The position numbers were made by a program, and so were the translations under genes. Positions 39,329-50,630 of a DNA stretch of 64,000 bases are shown here, piece by piece (within the stretch, counting starts at the first letter, position 1; each line of letters begins with the position of its first letter). This DNA comes from Candidatus Kapaibacterium sp. (GTDB lineage: Bacteria; Bacteroidota; Ignavibacteria; Kapaibacteriales; UBA2268). The DNA is taken from positions 4,128,001 through 4,192,000 of the forward strand of contig OY762428.1 of the NCBI GenBank assembly GCA_963665665.1, in the 5' to 3' direction. Under the pieces are notes generated by a model. That model searched no databases. It was given only the letters and a program-made list of their open reading frames with translations, and was not told where the DNA came from.

Positions 39329-40981
39329 CTATTTGGTTTTCTCTTTGGATTTTTTTCTGTCCAGAACTGCTTTGATAAAGTCAATAAACAGAGGATGGCC
39401 GGTAACGGCTCTGGATTTTAGTTCAGGATGGAATTGCGTGCCAAGAAACCACGGATGATCTGCAAGCTCTGCAATTTCAACAAGTGAGCCGTCCGGAGAT
39501 GTTCCGCTGAAAACCATACCTTTTTCTTCCAGAACCGGACGGAATTTGTTGTTTACTTCGTACCGGTGGCGATGCCTTTCTGATATATCATTTTCTTTAT
39601 AAGCAGCTATAGCTTTTGTGCCATCTGCCAGTTTACAGGGATAGGCACCGAGCCTCATCGTACCGCCCTTGTCTTTTACATTTTTCTGTTCTTCCATCAG
39701 GTCGATAACATTGTTATCTGTTTCTTCGAATTCAGCCGAGTGAGCTCCGTCCAAACCGCATACATGACGCGAGAATTCAATGATAGCACACTGAAGCCCA
39801 AGGCAGATTCCGAAGAAAGGCATGTTGTTTTCACGGACGTATTTAATTGCCTTTATTTTGCCTTCAATGCCCCTGGGGCCAAAGCCCGGACCAACAAGAA
39901 TTCCGTCAACATCCGAAAGCATTTCTTCAACATTTTCAGCAGTGATTTGCTCGGAATCAATCATGATAACATTCACTTTGGCATTATTAACTGATCCTGC
40001 ATGGGAAAACGCTTCAAGAATAGATTTATATGAATCCCTGTATTGTGTATATTTACCAACAAGGCCTACATTAACTTCTTTTCGGGGATTTTTTATTCTG
40101 TTTACAAATTTTGTCCAGGTTTTTAGGTCTCTTTCACCTGCTTCCATACCAAGTTTATTAAGAATGATCTCGTCCAGGTTGCTTTTGGCATACATTAACG
40201 GTACTTCGTAGATAGTGTTTTCCACATCTAAGCCCGCAATAACAGATTCAAGGTCAACATTGCAGAAAAGTGCAATTTTCTGCCTAAGATCCTTACTGAG
40301 CTTATGCTCTGACCGGCAAAGAAGTATATCGGGCCTGATTCCGTATTCCATTAGAAGCTTTACCGAGTGCTGCGTAGGTTTGGTTTTTAATTCACCGGCA
40401 CCCTGAATGAACGGAACATAGGTCAGGTGAACGCTAAGGGAATTCTGATGCCCTAATTCGATTGAAAGCTGCCTTTGAGCCTCGAAAAATGGCAAGGACT
40501 CAATATCTCCGACAGTTCCGCCAATTTCAACTAAAATAAAATCATATTTTCCGTCATAAACTGTCAGGCGTTTTTTCAGCTCATCAGTAATATGCGGGAT
40601 TACCTGTACTGTTTTACCAAGATAATGGCCGCGTCTTTCTTTCGAGATAACTTCAAAGTAAACCTGCCCGGCTGTGGCATTGTTATCTTTGGACAGCGAC
40701 TGTGCAATAAACCTTTCGTAATGTCCAAGGTCAAGGTCTGTTTCCGAGCCGTCATCAGTTACATATACTTCCCCGTGCTGGAAGGGGTTCATTGTGCCCG
40801 GATCAACATTTATATAGGGGTCGAATTTCATTATTGTTACCGAGTAGCCCCTTTGTTTTAACAAAAGGCCGATCGATGCCGAAGCAATTCCCTTGCCGAG
40901 AGAGGACAACACCCCGCCGGTAATGAATAGATACTTTGATTTTCCTGAAAAAGTCGGTTTTTTTGGCATATACTCGCTCAT
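39329..40981 (-). CDS. pyrG: CTP synthase
   Basis: [32 protein letters not shown]; start codon uncertain. Confidence 0.97.
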   Translation of the reverse strand: MSEYMPKKPTFSGKSKYLFITGGVLSSLGKGIASASIGLLLKQRGYSVTIMKFDPYINVDPGTMNPFQHGEVYVTDDGSETDLDLGHYERFIAQSLSKDNNATAGQVYFEVISKERRGHYLGKTVQVIPHITDELKKRLTVYDGKYDFILVEIGGTVGDIESLPFFEAQRQLSIELGHQNSLSVHLTYVPFIQGAGELKTKPTQHSVKLLMEYGIRPDILLCRSEHKLSKDLRQKIALFCNVDLESVIAGLDVENTIYEVPLMYAKSNLDEIILNKLGMEAGERDLKTWTKFVNRIKNPRKEVNVGLVGKYTQYRDSYKSILEAFSHAGSVNNAKVNVIMIDSEQITAENVEEMLSDVDGILVGPGFGPRGIEGKIKAIKYVRENNMPFFGICLGLQCAIIEFSRHVCGLDGAHSAEFEETDNNVIDLMEEQKNVKDKGGTMRLGAYPCKLADGTKAIAAYKENDISERHRHRYEVNNKFRPVLEEKGMVFSGTSPDGSLVEIAELADHPWFLGTQFHPELKSRAVTGHPLFIDFIKAVLDRKKSKEKTK

Positions 40982-41195
40982 TTGATGAATCATTATAGTT
41001 ATTATTTTTCCGTTTTTAGTATTCTCAAAATTTAATAAATTTTTTGAAAATTGTTCAAATGTAACGAGAACAAATATAATGAAAATTGAATGAAAGGAAT
41101 AAAAGAAATTGGAATCGTTGAAAAAATGTGTGATATTTATGTTAATATTATTGTTGAAAATTTATTAACAAATTTCTAATAAGCATTATTTGATT

Positions 41196-42293
41196 ATGAA
41201 AAAAATTATTAGTTTTTTTGCTATTGCAATTATTTTCTGCTCCTGCGGTTTATTTGAAGATAATAAAAAATTGATGGTTTTCGAGTCTGAAACCCCTTGT
41301 TTTCCGGCTCTGTTGCCTGATACGTTGCTGAACATTTTCAGGGAAAATTATAAAATTGATGTGATCTATGACAATAATTGGTTGCTTGCGGATTCTGCCG
41401 ATATACTTATTGTCGATTACTTACACTATTTAAGTCGTTTTAAATTGATTTCTGATACAATTCCTAATAAATACATGAAATTCGCACTGAACAGTTCGGG
41501 CGGGATAATTCCATTTGCTTACAAGGAATACAAAATTTATTCTAATATTGCAGGTACTAATGAAGAAAAACCGATGGCTTCAAAAAGAAATTCCGGGCAA
41601 AACACCTTGACGGCCTTTGGAATACAAGCAAAGAACAGAGAAAACTTTCTTCCAAATTTTTATGCAGTATTCAATTACCTTGGTGGCAATTTTAATATCG
41701 CAGGAAAGGGTGGAATCTATAATTCAAAAAATATTATTGCTCTTGAAAAATATGCTGACCTGGCAGCAATGGGATTGATTGAAACTGAAAATGCCTTAAC
41801 TCATGCTTTGAAAAAAAACCAAATCAAAAACCTTATCAGGTTCGAAGACCGTTGCCTGAGAAATATTTCCGGAATTGAAGAAAATAATTTTCCGGATAAT
41901 CGCCGGTTCGGGGTTTTTAAAGTTATACTTATCAATAAAAAATCAGTAAATAAAAGTGAAGCTGATGAGTTTTTAAATTTCATTTTAACTGATTCATTAT
42001 CGGGATTTTTCAATATAGGATTACCGGATTTGCATTATACATTTCCGCTTAGCCAAAAAAATGATTTGATCGCTGATATCAGAAACTGGAATAAGCTTCC
42101 TGGTTTTAAAGATCTAAAGCATACGGAGGATAAGCTGTTCAGTCTTATCCGTGATGTATTAATTGGCAGGGAATCAGCATCTCAGGCCTTGAAATATTTC
42201 GAAAAATATGTATTGAAAAACAAAACAACAAGGCCTGATATTAATGAAATCAAAAAAGAGATTATGAAAATCAGAAAAAGAAAAATTAACTGA
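41196..42293 (+). CDS. Lipoprotein, possibly a degenerate extracellular solute-binding protein
   Basis: Lipobox FCSC; weak SBP-like pattern. Confidence 0.55.
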   Translation: MKKIISFFAIAIIFCSCGLFEDNKKLMVFESETPCFPALLPDTLLNIFRENYKIDVIYDNNWLLADSADILIVDYLHYLSRFKLISDTIPNKYMKFALNSSGGIIPFAYKEYKIYSNIAGTNEEKPMASKRNSGQNTLTAFGIQAKNRENFLPNFYAVFNYLGGNFNIAGKGGIYNSKNIIALEKYADLAAMGLIETENALTHALKKNQIKNLIRFEDRCLRNISGIEENNFPDNRRFGVFKVILINKKSVNKSEADEFLNFILTDSLSGFFNIGLPDLHYTFPLSQKNDLIADIRNWNKLPGFKDLKHTEDKLFSLIRDVLIGRESASQALKYFEKYVLKNKTTRPDINEIKKEIMKIRKRKIN

Positions 42294-42379
42294 TTCAAAT
42301 TTTTACCGAACCTTCAATTTTCATAAATTTGGTTTTACAACGTCATTCAATATGAGTGACACAATAAAATGGAGAAAAA

Positions 42380-43540
42380 ATGAGATTATTCAGGTTTTTT
42401 ATCATTTCAGTTATTATAATATTTGCTGGATTTACTAAAGGTAGCGGGCAGATTGCCATTATGAAGCATGATGCTGACAGCCTGGTAAAACTTGGGTCTT
42501 TTTACATATATAATGTAGAATTCGACAAAGCAAACGATTGTTTTGCCGAAGTAATTAAACGCTATCCTGACCATCCGGCGGGCTATTTCCTTGATGCCAT
42601 GGTTGAATGGTGGAGGATTTGGCTTTATCGTCACAACGAAACATGGGATGATATATTCCTGGAAAAAATTGATAGGGTTGTGGAACTTTGTGACAGCTAC
42701 CTGGATGAAAATCCTTCCGACATAACAGCTTTGTTCTTCAAGGGCGGTGCGATTGGTTTCAGGGGAAGATTTTACACTGTCAGGAAATCATGGCTAAATG
42801 CTGCTAATGACGGGAAAAATGCATTCGACATACTTCATGAATGCAAAAGGCTTGCACCCGGAAATCACGATATTATGCTGGGAACCGGTATTTATAATTA
42901 TTTTGCCAAGAAATTTCCTGAAATACACCCTGTATTGGAACCCATTATGGCCTTTCTGCCAAGGGGGGACATAAGGCTTGGCCTGCTTCAGCTGAAAGCC
43001 GCTGCCGAACTTGCAAGATATGCTGATATCGAAGCTCAGGTTATTCGTCTGCAAATATATTATCAGTTCGAAAAAGATTATAAGAAAACTTACAATATTG
43101 CGCTTAACCTGCACAATAGATTTCCTAACAATCCATATTTTCAGAGGTATGTTGGTAAAACATTGATAATTCATAATAAGCTGGATTCAGCCGAAATTAT
43201 TTGGAAAGAATTGCTCAGGCGTTATCTGGATAAAATGCCGGGATATGATATATATGCAGCTCGTGAGGGCTTGTATTATGTCGGGCACTGCCTTATGGCA
43301 AAAGGTAAGGAACAAGCAGCGCTGATCTATCTGAATAAATGTGTGGAAGCTTCTGATATTGTTGATGAGGAAGACAGTGGTTTCATGGTGCAGGCACATC
43401 TGAAAATTGCTAAGATTTATGACAAACTTGGTATAAGGGATAAGGCCGTGGATCATTATGAAATTGTTCTTGATATGGAAAATAAACAGGGAAGCCACAG
43501 CAAAGCCCGTAGATATCTTAAGAAACCTTATGGATCCTAA
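42380..43540 (+). CDS. Exported TPR protein
   Basis: Signal peptide; helical TPR-like repeats. Confidence 0.75.
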   Translation: MRLFRFFIISVIIIFAGFTKGSGQIAIMKHDADSLVKLGSFYIYNVEFDKANDCFAEVIKRYPDHPAGYFLDAMVEWWRIWLYRHNETWDDIFLEKIDRVVELCDSYLDENPSDITALFFKGGAIGFRGRFYTVRKSWLNAANDGKNAFDILHECKRLAPGNHDIMLGTGIYNYFAKKFPEIHPVLEPIMAFLPRGDIRLGLLQLKAAAELARYADIEAQVIRLQIYYQFEKDYKKTYNIALNLHNRFPNNPYFQRYVGKTLIIHNKLDSAEIIWKELLRRYLDKMPGYDIYAAREGLYYVGHCLMAKGKEQAALIYLNKCVEASDIVDEEDSGFMVQAHLKIAKIYDKLGIRDKAVDHYEIVLDMENKQGSHSKARRYLKKPYGS

Positions 43541-43558
43541 TTAATAAAAGAATATTTT

Positions 43559-44806
43559 ATGAAACAAATTTTATCAATTCTTGTTTTTTTATTTACTTAC
43601 AATCCGGCATTCCCGCAATTAGATCCTGCTGCCGGCGTTTTTCCCGGAATTGATGTTCTGGAGCAGAATAATTTTAAGGAAATTGAAGGAAAGAAGGTAG
43701 CTCTATTAACAAATCATGCTGGCCGTAGCAGAGATGGCAGGCTTACCCTGAATATCTTAAAAGAATCAGGTAAAGTTAACCTGACAGGCCTTTTTGTTCC
43801 CGAACATGGATTTTTTACAACAATACCTGCGGGAGAAAAAGTAAAAGATGATACTGTTTTTGGTGTCAGAGCATATTCTTTGTACGGAGGGAGTAAATCC
43901 CCGGATGACAATCTGCTGAAAAAATGCGATGTGGTTGTAGTTGATCTTCAGGATATAGGTATTCGTTCCTATACATATATATCCACAATGTACAATACCA
44001 TGAAGGCTTGTGCAAATGCCGGCAAACCGATAATTATTCTGGACAGGCCGAATCCGATTGGCGGCATTGTAGTTGACGGAGGAGTACTTGATGACAATGT
44101 GAGGTCTTTTGTGGGTATGGTTCCTGTTTCATATTTGCATGGCTGTACTTTCGGAGAGCTGGCGATGATGATAAACAATGAAGGCTGGCTTGGAACAAAA
44201 AAAGATTCCGGAAAGCTAAAGTGCGAACTGACTGTTATTAAAATGAAAGGCTGGGAAAGATGGATGGCCTGGGAAGATACAGGATTATTCTGGTATCCCA
44301 CTTCGCCTCACATCCCGTCAGTTAATGCAGTCAGGGGAGCTGCTGTTTTGGGTATTATCGGCGAATTAGGGATGATCAGCATCGGTATTGGTACAACATC
44401 ACCGTTCCAGTATCTTGGAAGTCCTGATTTCGACTACAAAAAATTTGAAGAAGTAATAGAGCATATTTCCTATAACGGATTAGTTCTTGACAAAGCCCGC
44501 TATCAGCCATTCTATGGTATGTACAGAAATAAAACATGCAACGGATACTATCTGACGTTCAGCAAGGACAATCTGGCAAGGTTTTATAGCAATGGCATAA
44601 ACGTGCTATATTCTTTGAATAGTTCTAATCCGGATCTACTTTCATCCTTGTCTTCACGCTCAAAAGATATGTTCAGAAAGGTCAGCGGTAAAGAAAACCT
44701 TCTTAATGCAATTATTTCTGGTTTAAGTTTGCCGGCAGTTATTCAAATTGCCAATGAAGGATTAGAAGATTTTTTACAAATCCGAAATAATTATTTAATT
44801 TATTGA
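43559..44806 (+). CDS. DUF1343 / NamZ exo-beta-N-acetylmuramidase
   Basis: PEHG, DLQDIGIRSYTY, LDRPNPIGG, TSPHIP. Confidence 0.88.
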   Translation: MKQILSILVFLFTYNPAFPQLDPAAGVFPGIDVLEQNNFKEIEGKKVALLTNHAGRSRDGRLTLNILKESGKVNLTGLFVPEHGFFTTIPAGEKVKDDTVFGVRAYSLYGGSKSPDDNLLKKCDVVVVDLQDIGIRSYTYISTMYNTMKACANAGKPIIILDRPNPIGGIVVDGGVLDDNVRSFVGMVPVSYLHGCTFGELAMMINNEGWLGTKKDSGKLKCELTVIKMKGWERWMAWEDTGLFWYPTSPHIPSVNAVRGAAVLGIIGELGMISIGIGTTSPFQYLGSPDFDYKKFEEVIEHISYNGLVLDKARYQPFYGMYRNKTCNGYYLTFSKDNLARFYSNGINVLYSLNSSNPDLLSSLSSRSKDMFRKVSGKENLLNAIISGLSLPAVIQIANEGLEDFLQIRNNYLIY

Positions 44807-44936
44807 CAGATAGCTAATATCAGAAGCATTCGAAAATAAATTTTTCCTAAATTATTTGGGAGATTCCGGGAAATATATTTGCATTTTTTACGATTATATA
44901 CGTATATTATATGAAAAACAACCGGGGACACAATTA

Positions 44937-45716
44937 ATGAATCATCTACTGTTTAAGTACAAAAACGACATAACCAAAGTTTTCGGAATAGGAGTTGATG
45001 TTCTCAATTCTACCAGACAGCTCAAAAGCATTTCCTTGGACCTTAAGCTACTTGCAATTAACGGTATAGTACAGGCAGCTAAAATCGGGAATAATCAGGG
45101 TCAGTCCCTGATAACTCTGTCAGCTTTTCTTTCTGATCTGCCTACGAAAATTGCTCCCGAGCTTGATGAGCTTGAAAAACTTGTCGGGCATTTATCCAGA
45201 CAGATCACTATCTGTTCGATAGCTGTCAGGCGCTTTATGATGTACAATATGGCATTGGCGAAAACAATTGACAGGGTTTCCCTGGAAACTGGTGCCAAAA
45301 CAAATTCCACAGACTTTAAACTCATGAACGTTTACGAACTTTCAAGAATATCCTCTCATGAATCATTTAGCGATGCAAAACCGATAAGTAAATCAAACCT
45401 GCATGAAATATCATTAAAGAATGAAGAAATTATGGAAACACTAATTGAACTTCTCAGGGATATTCATACAACAATTTCCAGGGCCAGGAACAGAATCGAG
45501 GAAGTTCGAAGGGATGGTTCAACTGCAAATTATATGGGTTCTTCAATATCTATTGAATCTGCATATCTGACAGATAATTCAGGTAGTTTCGACGGGCTTG
45601 TGTCGAATATAAAAAATATGGTTGAATCCCTTGAAGGTAATCTGAATACTATTCTTGATAAGATCAATTACGGCGATAAACTTCTTAACAGCCTGATGAG
45701 CATGAAAAACAATTAG
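44937..45716 (+). CDS. Soluble helical protein with two chemoreceptor-tip-like segments
   Basis: LKLLAINGIVQAAKIG and SISIESAYL..SGSF resemble the MCP motif NLLALNAAIEAARAG..G.GF. Confidence 0.6.
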   Translation: MNHLLFKYKNDITKVFGIGVDVLNSTRQLKSISLDLKLLAINGIVQAAKIGNNQGQSLITLSAFLSDLPTKIAPELDELEKLVGHLSRQITICSIAVRRFMMYNMALAKTIDRVSLETGAKTNSTDFKLMNVYELSRISSHESFSDAKPISKSNLHEISLKNEEIMETLIELLRDIHTTISRARNRIEEVRRDGSTANYMGSSISIESAYLTDNSGSFDGLVSNIKNMVESLEGNLNTILDKINYGDKLLNSLMSMKNN

Positions 45717-45736
45717 TAACCATACAGGATTTTTAC

Positions 45737-46537
45737 ATGAAAAGTGAAGTGATTTTTGATAACGGCGATCATAAATGGATTGTTCTGGGCCGCGATCCCG
45801 AGAAATCGAAAGAAGTAATAGACACCAATGAATACCTTATAATTAACAAGGATAATGCTATGCTTCTTGATCCGGGGGGAATTGAGATTTTTCCTCAGGT
45901 TTTAACTGAACTTACAAAATACGTTCCAACTGATAATATCAAAGTGATATTTGCCAGCCATCAGGATCCGGATATTTCTTCTTCACTGTCCATGTGGCTG
46001 GATCTGTGCCCTAATGTAAAGGTTTATTGCTCCTGGGTATGGACCGGATTTATTGCTCATTTTGGTATGGGTACCAGGCTGATCCTAAATCCTATTCCTG
46101 ATGAAGGTATGGAACTCAATATTGGTGGCAGTTCCAATTCTGTTTATTTTGTACCGGCACACTATTGCCATTCTTCCGGCAATTTCTCGGTTTATGACCC
46201 CAAGGCTGATATTTTGTTTTCCGGAGATATTGGTGCTGCACTTTTTCCTGAAGGCCATTCAGCTCCGTTGTTCGTTGATAATTTTGATGAGCATATAAAT
46301 TATATGAAGAATTTCCATCTTCGTTGGATGCCTTCCACCGGAGCGCTGAAAGATTGGGTTAAAAGGGTAAGGCTAATTAATCCTTCGATGATATGCCCCC
46401 AGCACGGCTCCATTTTCAAAGGAGAAGATGTTAATAAATTCCTGAATTGGCTTGAGCAGTTAAATGTTGCCCAGTGGGATGACGGAAGAGAAAGGACTGA
46501 TATAAATTCAACAGTCTGGATGAAATGGAAGAAATAG
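45737..46537 (+). CDS. Metallo-beta-lactamase-fold oxygen-binding di-iron protein (ODP-like)
   Basis: LDPGG, SHQDPD, PAHYCHSSGN, FSGDIG, CPQHG; no flavodoxin domain. Confidence 0.8.
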   Translation: MKSEVIFDNGDHKWIVLGRDPEKSKEVIDTNEYLIINKDNAMLLDPGGIEIFPQVLTELTKYVPTDNIKVIFASHQDPDISSSLSMWLDLCPNVKVYCSWVWTGFIAHFGMGTRLILNPIPDEGMELNIGGSSNSVYFVPAHYCHSSGNFSVYDPKADILFSGDIGAALFPEGHSAPLFVDNFDEHINYMKNFHLRWMPSTGALKDWVKRVRLINPSMICPQHGSIFKGEDVNKFLNWLEQLNVAQWDDGRERTDINSTVWMKWKK

Positions 46538-46547
46538 ATTTATGAAG

Positions 46548-46585
46548 AAAAAAAGGCTGCATTTTGAATAAATGCAGCCTTTTTT
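46548..46585. terminator. Bidirectional terminator
   Basis: AAAAAGGCTGCATTT...AAATGCAGCCTTTTT. Confidence 0.8.
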
Positions 46586-46628
46586 AATTATCCATTTAAA
46601 ATTGTTCATTCAGTTAGAATAAATTAGC

Positions 46629-47120
46629 TTAAAACGCAGGTAATAATTCCTCGACAATAATTCCCACAGCTTCGTACAGGTCTTCTTCTTTTTTAAAAAT
46701 ATCTCTTGCCTGATATTGTGGGTGTGGTAATTTTAGTTTTACATCGTAAACATAAGCATTAAGTAAAAAACGGTTAGCCTGAATATTGAAATTCCCGGTA
46801 ACAACTTTTTTCACATTTAATTTTTTCGCAACTTTCCACATATCTGTCTGATACTGAGGGTTATTCGGGTCAAGATTCAGATCTGCCAGCATTATTTCTA
46901 CTGAATCAGCAGGAACAATATAATAAATGGTTCCGTTTTGCTCCAGATTTCCCATGGATTTAGTAAGGGAATCCTGAAGATTATAACTCCAGATGTTATA
47001 TTTCAGATCCCCGTCCATATTCTGAAACGGAAATATTGCAATTCTTACCTGAGAATAGGCTGTTATAATCGAGAATAGGAACAAGAGAATAGCCGAAAGA
47101 AACATTTTATATTTTTTCAT
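46629..47120 (-). CDS. Exported hypothetical protein (CsgG/FlgO/TolB-N-like fold possible)
   Basis: Signal peptide; RIAIFPFQN...VVTGNF. Confidence 0.6.
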   Translation of the reverse strand: MKKYKMFLSAILLFLFSIITAYSQVRIAIFPFQNMDGDLKYNIWSYNLQDSLTKSMGNLEQNGTIYYIVPADSVEIMLADLNLDPNNPQYQTDMWKVAKKLNVKKVVTGNFNIQANRFLLNAYVYDVKLKLPHPQYQARDIFKKEEDLYEAVGIIVEELLPAF

Positions 47121-47207
47121 CACAAATACCTAAAAAATTAAACAAGCTCCGGTATCAATATATCAAACGCCGGAGCCAATGTCAATTAAATTTTTATTAA
47201 ATGCTGT

Positions 47208-47513
47208 TTAATCTTCAATATTTTTTATAAATTCTTTCATTTCTTTAAAAGAATTGACCAATTTTTCTTCCATTTCCCGGGCTTTATCCCAGTTTTTTTC
47301 TTTAGCGTAGCCCATAAGCTCAATACCCATATTGGCAACTTCGTCAAGTCCGAATTGAAAACAGGAACCTTTAAGTGTATGAGCCATTCTGTATAGGTCA
47401 TCACCATTTTTTGTATCGATTAGTACGCTGAATTGTTCGTTAATGTCATTTATCCAGGAATCAACAAATTCCGGCAGCAGTTCTCTTACAAACGGATCTT
47501 CGGGAATTTTCAC
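47208..47513 (-). CDS. Stand-alone Hpt phosphotransfer protein
   Basis: AHTLKGS motif; GTG start with GAGG RBS. Confidence 0.85.
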   Translation of the reverse strand: MKIPEDPFVRELLPEFVDSWINDINEQFSVLIDTKNGDDLYRMAHTLKGSCFQFGLDEVANMGIELMGYAKEKNWDKAREMEEKLVNSFKEMKEFIKNIED

Positions 47514-47582
47514 TACATACCTCGTAAATTGATAATATTTACTTTCTATTAAGATAACTAAGAATTTCGAAATAAAAAAGTA

Positions 47583-47983
47583 CTTGCAGAGAAAACTATA
47601 AGCCGAATTCTGTCTAAGAGTAAATTAATACTCCGAGGCAACCATTTATCTTAGAATAACGTTGCCGCTATCCTTATGCAGCCTACCCCGGTAACTGTTA
47701 TAAAAACAGGGACGAACAGCCCCTTGCCTGAGGGCCGATACCTGTACTTGGCCTTGCTCCACGCGGGGTTTACCCTGCCGGCACGGTCACCCGTGCCGCG
47801 GTAGGCTCTTACCCTGCCATTTCACCCTTACCCAAAAAGGGCGGTATATTTTCTGTGGCACTATCCGTCAGCTCGTCAACAGACTTGCTGCCTTCGCGTT
47901 ACGAAGCGCGTTGTTCTACGGAGTTCGGACTTTCCTCATCAATCAGTTAATAAATTGACGCGGTTGCCCGTTTTCCCTGCAAG
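47583..47983 (-). ncRNA. rnpB: RNase P RNA (type A)
   Basis: Minus strand has GAGGAAAGTCCGAACTC, ACAGAAAA, GGTAAACCCC and ACAGAATTCGGCTTATA; terminal P1 pairing CTTGCAGGGAAAAC / GTTTTCTCTGCAAG. Confidence 0.95.
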
Positions 47984-48066
47984 AAATTTTCAAATAACAT
48001 AAAAACTGTCCAAAATCTAATATATCAGACTATTTGGACAGTTATAAATTTTAATAATGACAACAA

Positions 48067-48807
48067 TTATTTAAATTGTTCAACAGTACTGTCATCGATA
48101 TAAAATTCTTCAGGATACAAAATCCTTCCGCAGCTTTCGCAATCGTAAACTTCATCAAGGTTATTCCTGATCTCTACAATTTTCTGAGCAGGAAGTGCAT
48201 TGAAGCATCCGGAACATGAGTTTCTTAATACCTGAACCACTGTATCGGGATGGAAATTTCTTATGCGTTCATAGGAGTTATAGTACTTATCTTCAATTTT
48301 AGAGATAACAAGCTTTCTTTTATCATAAAGAATCTTTACCTCGTCGTTTTGTTCTGTGGCTAAAGACTGGAGTTCAAGCCTTACTTTTTCAGCATCATTT
48401 TCAGCTTCTTCAAAATCCTTTTTTTGCTGATCGAGTATTCCAAGAAGGTTTTCTTCTTTAATACCTTCAGTTCTCATCTGATCCGTGAGCCTTGTATGTT
48501 CGCTGCGGATATGAGCAATTTCCTTTGTAATCGCATCAAATTCTTTGTTGTTTCTAACTTTGAACTGCTGTTTGGCAAGCTTTTCTTCTTTGTCTTTCAG
48601 CTCGATCAGTGTGTTCTTGGTAGTGGCAACAAATTTTTTGATGTTTTCCAGGATATTTTCAGTATCCTTAACAATCATTTTGTTCTCGTGAGCCTTTTTT
48701 TCCTTTGTCTTAAGAACCTCGGGCAAATCTCCGAATTCTTCATGAAGTTCGTCGAGTCTGCTGTCGATATATCCCAAAACTGCCAGATAATGGATTTGAG
48801 ATTCCAT
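48067..48807 (-). CDS. C4-type zinc-ribbon coiled-coil protein (DUF164 / CT398-like)
   Basis: Long coiled coil; CSGC...CESCGRILY. Confidence 0.9.
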   Translation of the reverse strand: MESQIHYLAVLGYIDSRLDELHEEFGDLPEVLKTKEKKAHENKMIVKDTENILENIKKFVATTKNTLIELKDKEEKLAKQQFKVRNNKEFDAITKEIAHIRSEHTRLTDQMRTEGIKEENLLGILDQQKKDFEEAENDAEKVRLELQSLATEQNDEVKILYDKRKLVISKIEDKYYNSYERIRNFHPDTVVQVLRNSCSGCFNALPAQKIVEIRNNLDEVYDCESCGRILYPEEFYIDDSTVEQFK

Positions 48808-49671
48808 TTATTCTACACCATATAATTTATTATTATTACGAAAAATATTCTGAGTTTGTAAATCCAGATAATTATCCGGGTTAGGGAAATACCTTACCGG
48901 ATTAGTAACAATGAAAGAAGAGAAAATATTAATATTTCCTTCTTCGGTCTTGTCTGATATAATTTTTGCAATAGCAGCAGGAACAAATTGCTCCATTTCG
49001 TAATGCCCCGGGTCAATAAGCATCATCCGGCCGTCTGCTGCGTGATATGTATGATAAGAGATGTCGGCAGTAATATATACGTCAAGGTCCTTTTTAAAAG
49101 CATCATTCAAAAATGAGCTTCCGCTGCCGCCTACAATTCCAATCCTTTCAATAGGACTTCCCTGCTTACCCTTGCCGAACCTTGCCGGCGAGCCGCACAC
49201 ACTGCATACTTTTTGCAGTAATTCTCTTTCGCAAATATGGCCTTTTGGCTTGCAGATAACTCCCATACCATAACCATCTTCATTTTTATCCGGTACAAGG
49301 AAATCGGTAACTTCAAGTCCGAGTAGATCGGCAAGTATTTTACTCGTGCCCTCGATAAAAACATCGAATCTGGTGTGCAGAGAGATAAGAGAAATATCGT
49401 TTTTAATCAATTTTGCAGTTACACGGCCAACCCTGTCCTGCATTTCTATAGCTTTCAGCGGCCTGTATATCAGGGGATGAAATACAACAATGCAGTCAGC
49501 ATCGTGAAGAACTGCTTCCTCGGCTACTTTGTCTGTCAGCTCGTAGGCAACCATCAGATTTTTGATCTGATTCTGTTCTGACTGTATTTGAAGCCCGATT
49601 CTGTCGCCTTCAAGTGCAGTACCTGAAGGAAAAAGATTTTCGAGTAAATCAATTAGTTGTTTTAGTTCCAT
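48808..49671 (-). CDS. Nif3-like dinuclear metal-centre protein
   Basis: DRIGLQ, FHPLIY, LHTRFD, GGSGS, TADISYH, GHYEME. Confidence 0.9.
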   Translation of the reverse strand: MELKQLIDLLENLFPSGTALEGDRIGLQIQSEQNQIKNLMVAYELTDKVAEEAVLHDADCIVVFHPLIYRPLKAIEMQDRVGRVTAKLIKNDISLISLHTRFDVFIEGTSKILADLLGLEVTDFLVPDKNEDGYGMGVICKPKGHICERELLQKVCSVCGSPARFGKGKQGSPIERIGIVGGSGSSFLNDAFKKDLDVYITADISYHTYHAADGRMMLIDPGHYEMEQFVPAAIAKIISDKTEEGNINIFSSFIVTNPVRYFPNPDNYLDLQTQNIFRNNNKLYGVE

Positions 49672-49861
49672 TCCCAATATTTCAAATCACGAACATTTTT
49701 TTTTATACTGTCAAATTTTCTAAATTGCCGGAAATATTCAAATGCAAAACATTTGAACTGTAAAATTACGAAAGTTTATTTTATCTTACAATTTTTAAAG
49801 TTTTTAATTCGTTCTTCATAGTAAAAGAATATTTGATTAATTAATCAGAGACAGTTGCGAT

Positions 49862-50581
49862 ATGCCACACAGAACAATATTATTGAGCGCTATATTATTA
49901 TTTATTATTAACTTCACTAACACGAGAGCACAGACAAAAGGATCGGAGCCTGAAGAAAGGATCAGCATCGAGGATTCGGTTTTTATTTTCCATTCTCCCC
50001 GCCCTCTGGTTAATCCGGCAAATAAAGCTGTGAATCTGCTTAATGCCTGGGGAGCAGATGTGTTGTTTTCGAATAATGGTTTTGGTTTAGGTTTCTTTTA
50101 TCAAAGAAAACTTAATAGCAGTATGGCTCTGTCTGCCAATCTGGGGATATCAGGGGCCAGAAATACCGACGAATTTCAAGTTTGGAATCCTTACGAGGGA
50201 GAGTATGTGGTATACGGAAAAGTCCACAGATTGTTTATGTTTCCTTTAACACTAAGTTTGCAGCAGTATTTTCTTCAGGATGTATTGTTCGAAACCTTAA
50301 GGCCGCATATTTCACTTGGAGCCGGCCCCACGTTTATTCTTGCAGCGCCTTACAAACACGATTTTTTCAGTGATTTTGCTCATTCCGATACTTATGTCAG
50401 GCCCGGGGCGTTCCTTGGCTTGGGAGCTGACGTTGGAAAATACGGCAAAACTATCCTGGCCTTGAACATCAGGTATTATTATATTCCTTTTGGTGGTGAT
50501 GGAATAGAATCAGTATTGGATCACCCTATTAAGGATTTTGGGGGGGTGTTCCTTACGTTAACGATTGGTTCCAGGTATTGA
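49862..50581 (+). CDS. Outer-membrane beta-barrel hypothetical protein
   Basis: Signal peptide; alternating amphipathic strands; aromatic C-terminus. Confidence 0.65.
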   Translation: MPHRTILLSAILLFIINFTNTRAQTKGSEPEERISIEDSVFIFHSPRPLVNPANKAVNLLNAWGADVLFSNNGFGLGFFYQRKLNSSMALSANLGISGARNTDEFQVWNPYEGEYVVYGKVHRLFMFPLTLSLQQYFLQDVLFETLRPHISLGAGPTFILAAPYKHDFFSDFAHSDTYVRPGAFLGLGADVGKYGKTILALNIRYYYIPFGGDGIESVLDHPIKDFGGVFLTLTIGSRY

Positions 50582-50599
50582 TAATAAAATATTGAAAAG

Positions 50600-50626
50600 A
50601 AAGAGCCCCGATATTGGGGCTCTTTT
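50600..50626. terminator. Bidirectional terminator
   Basis: AAAGAGCCCC-GATATT-GGGGCTCTTT. Confidence 0.8.
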
Positions 50627-50630
50627 GTTT

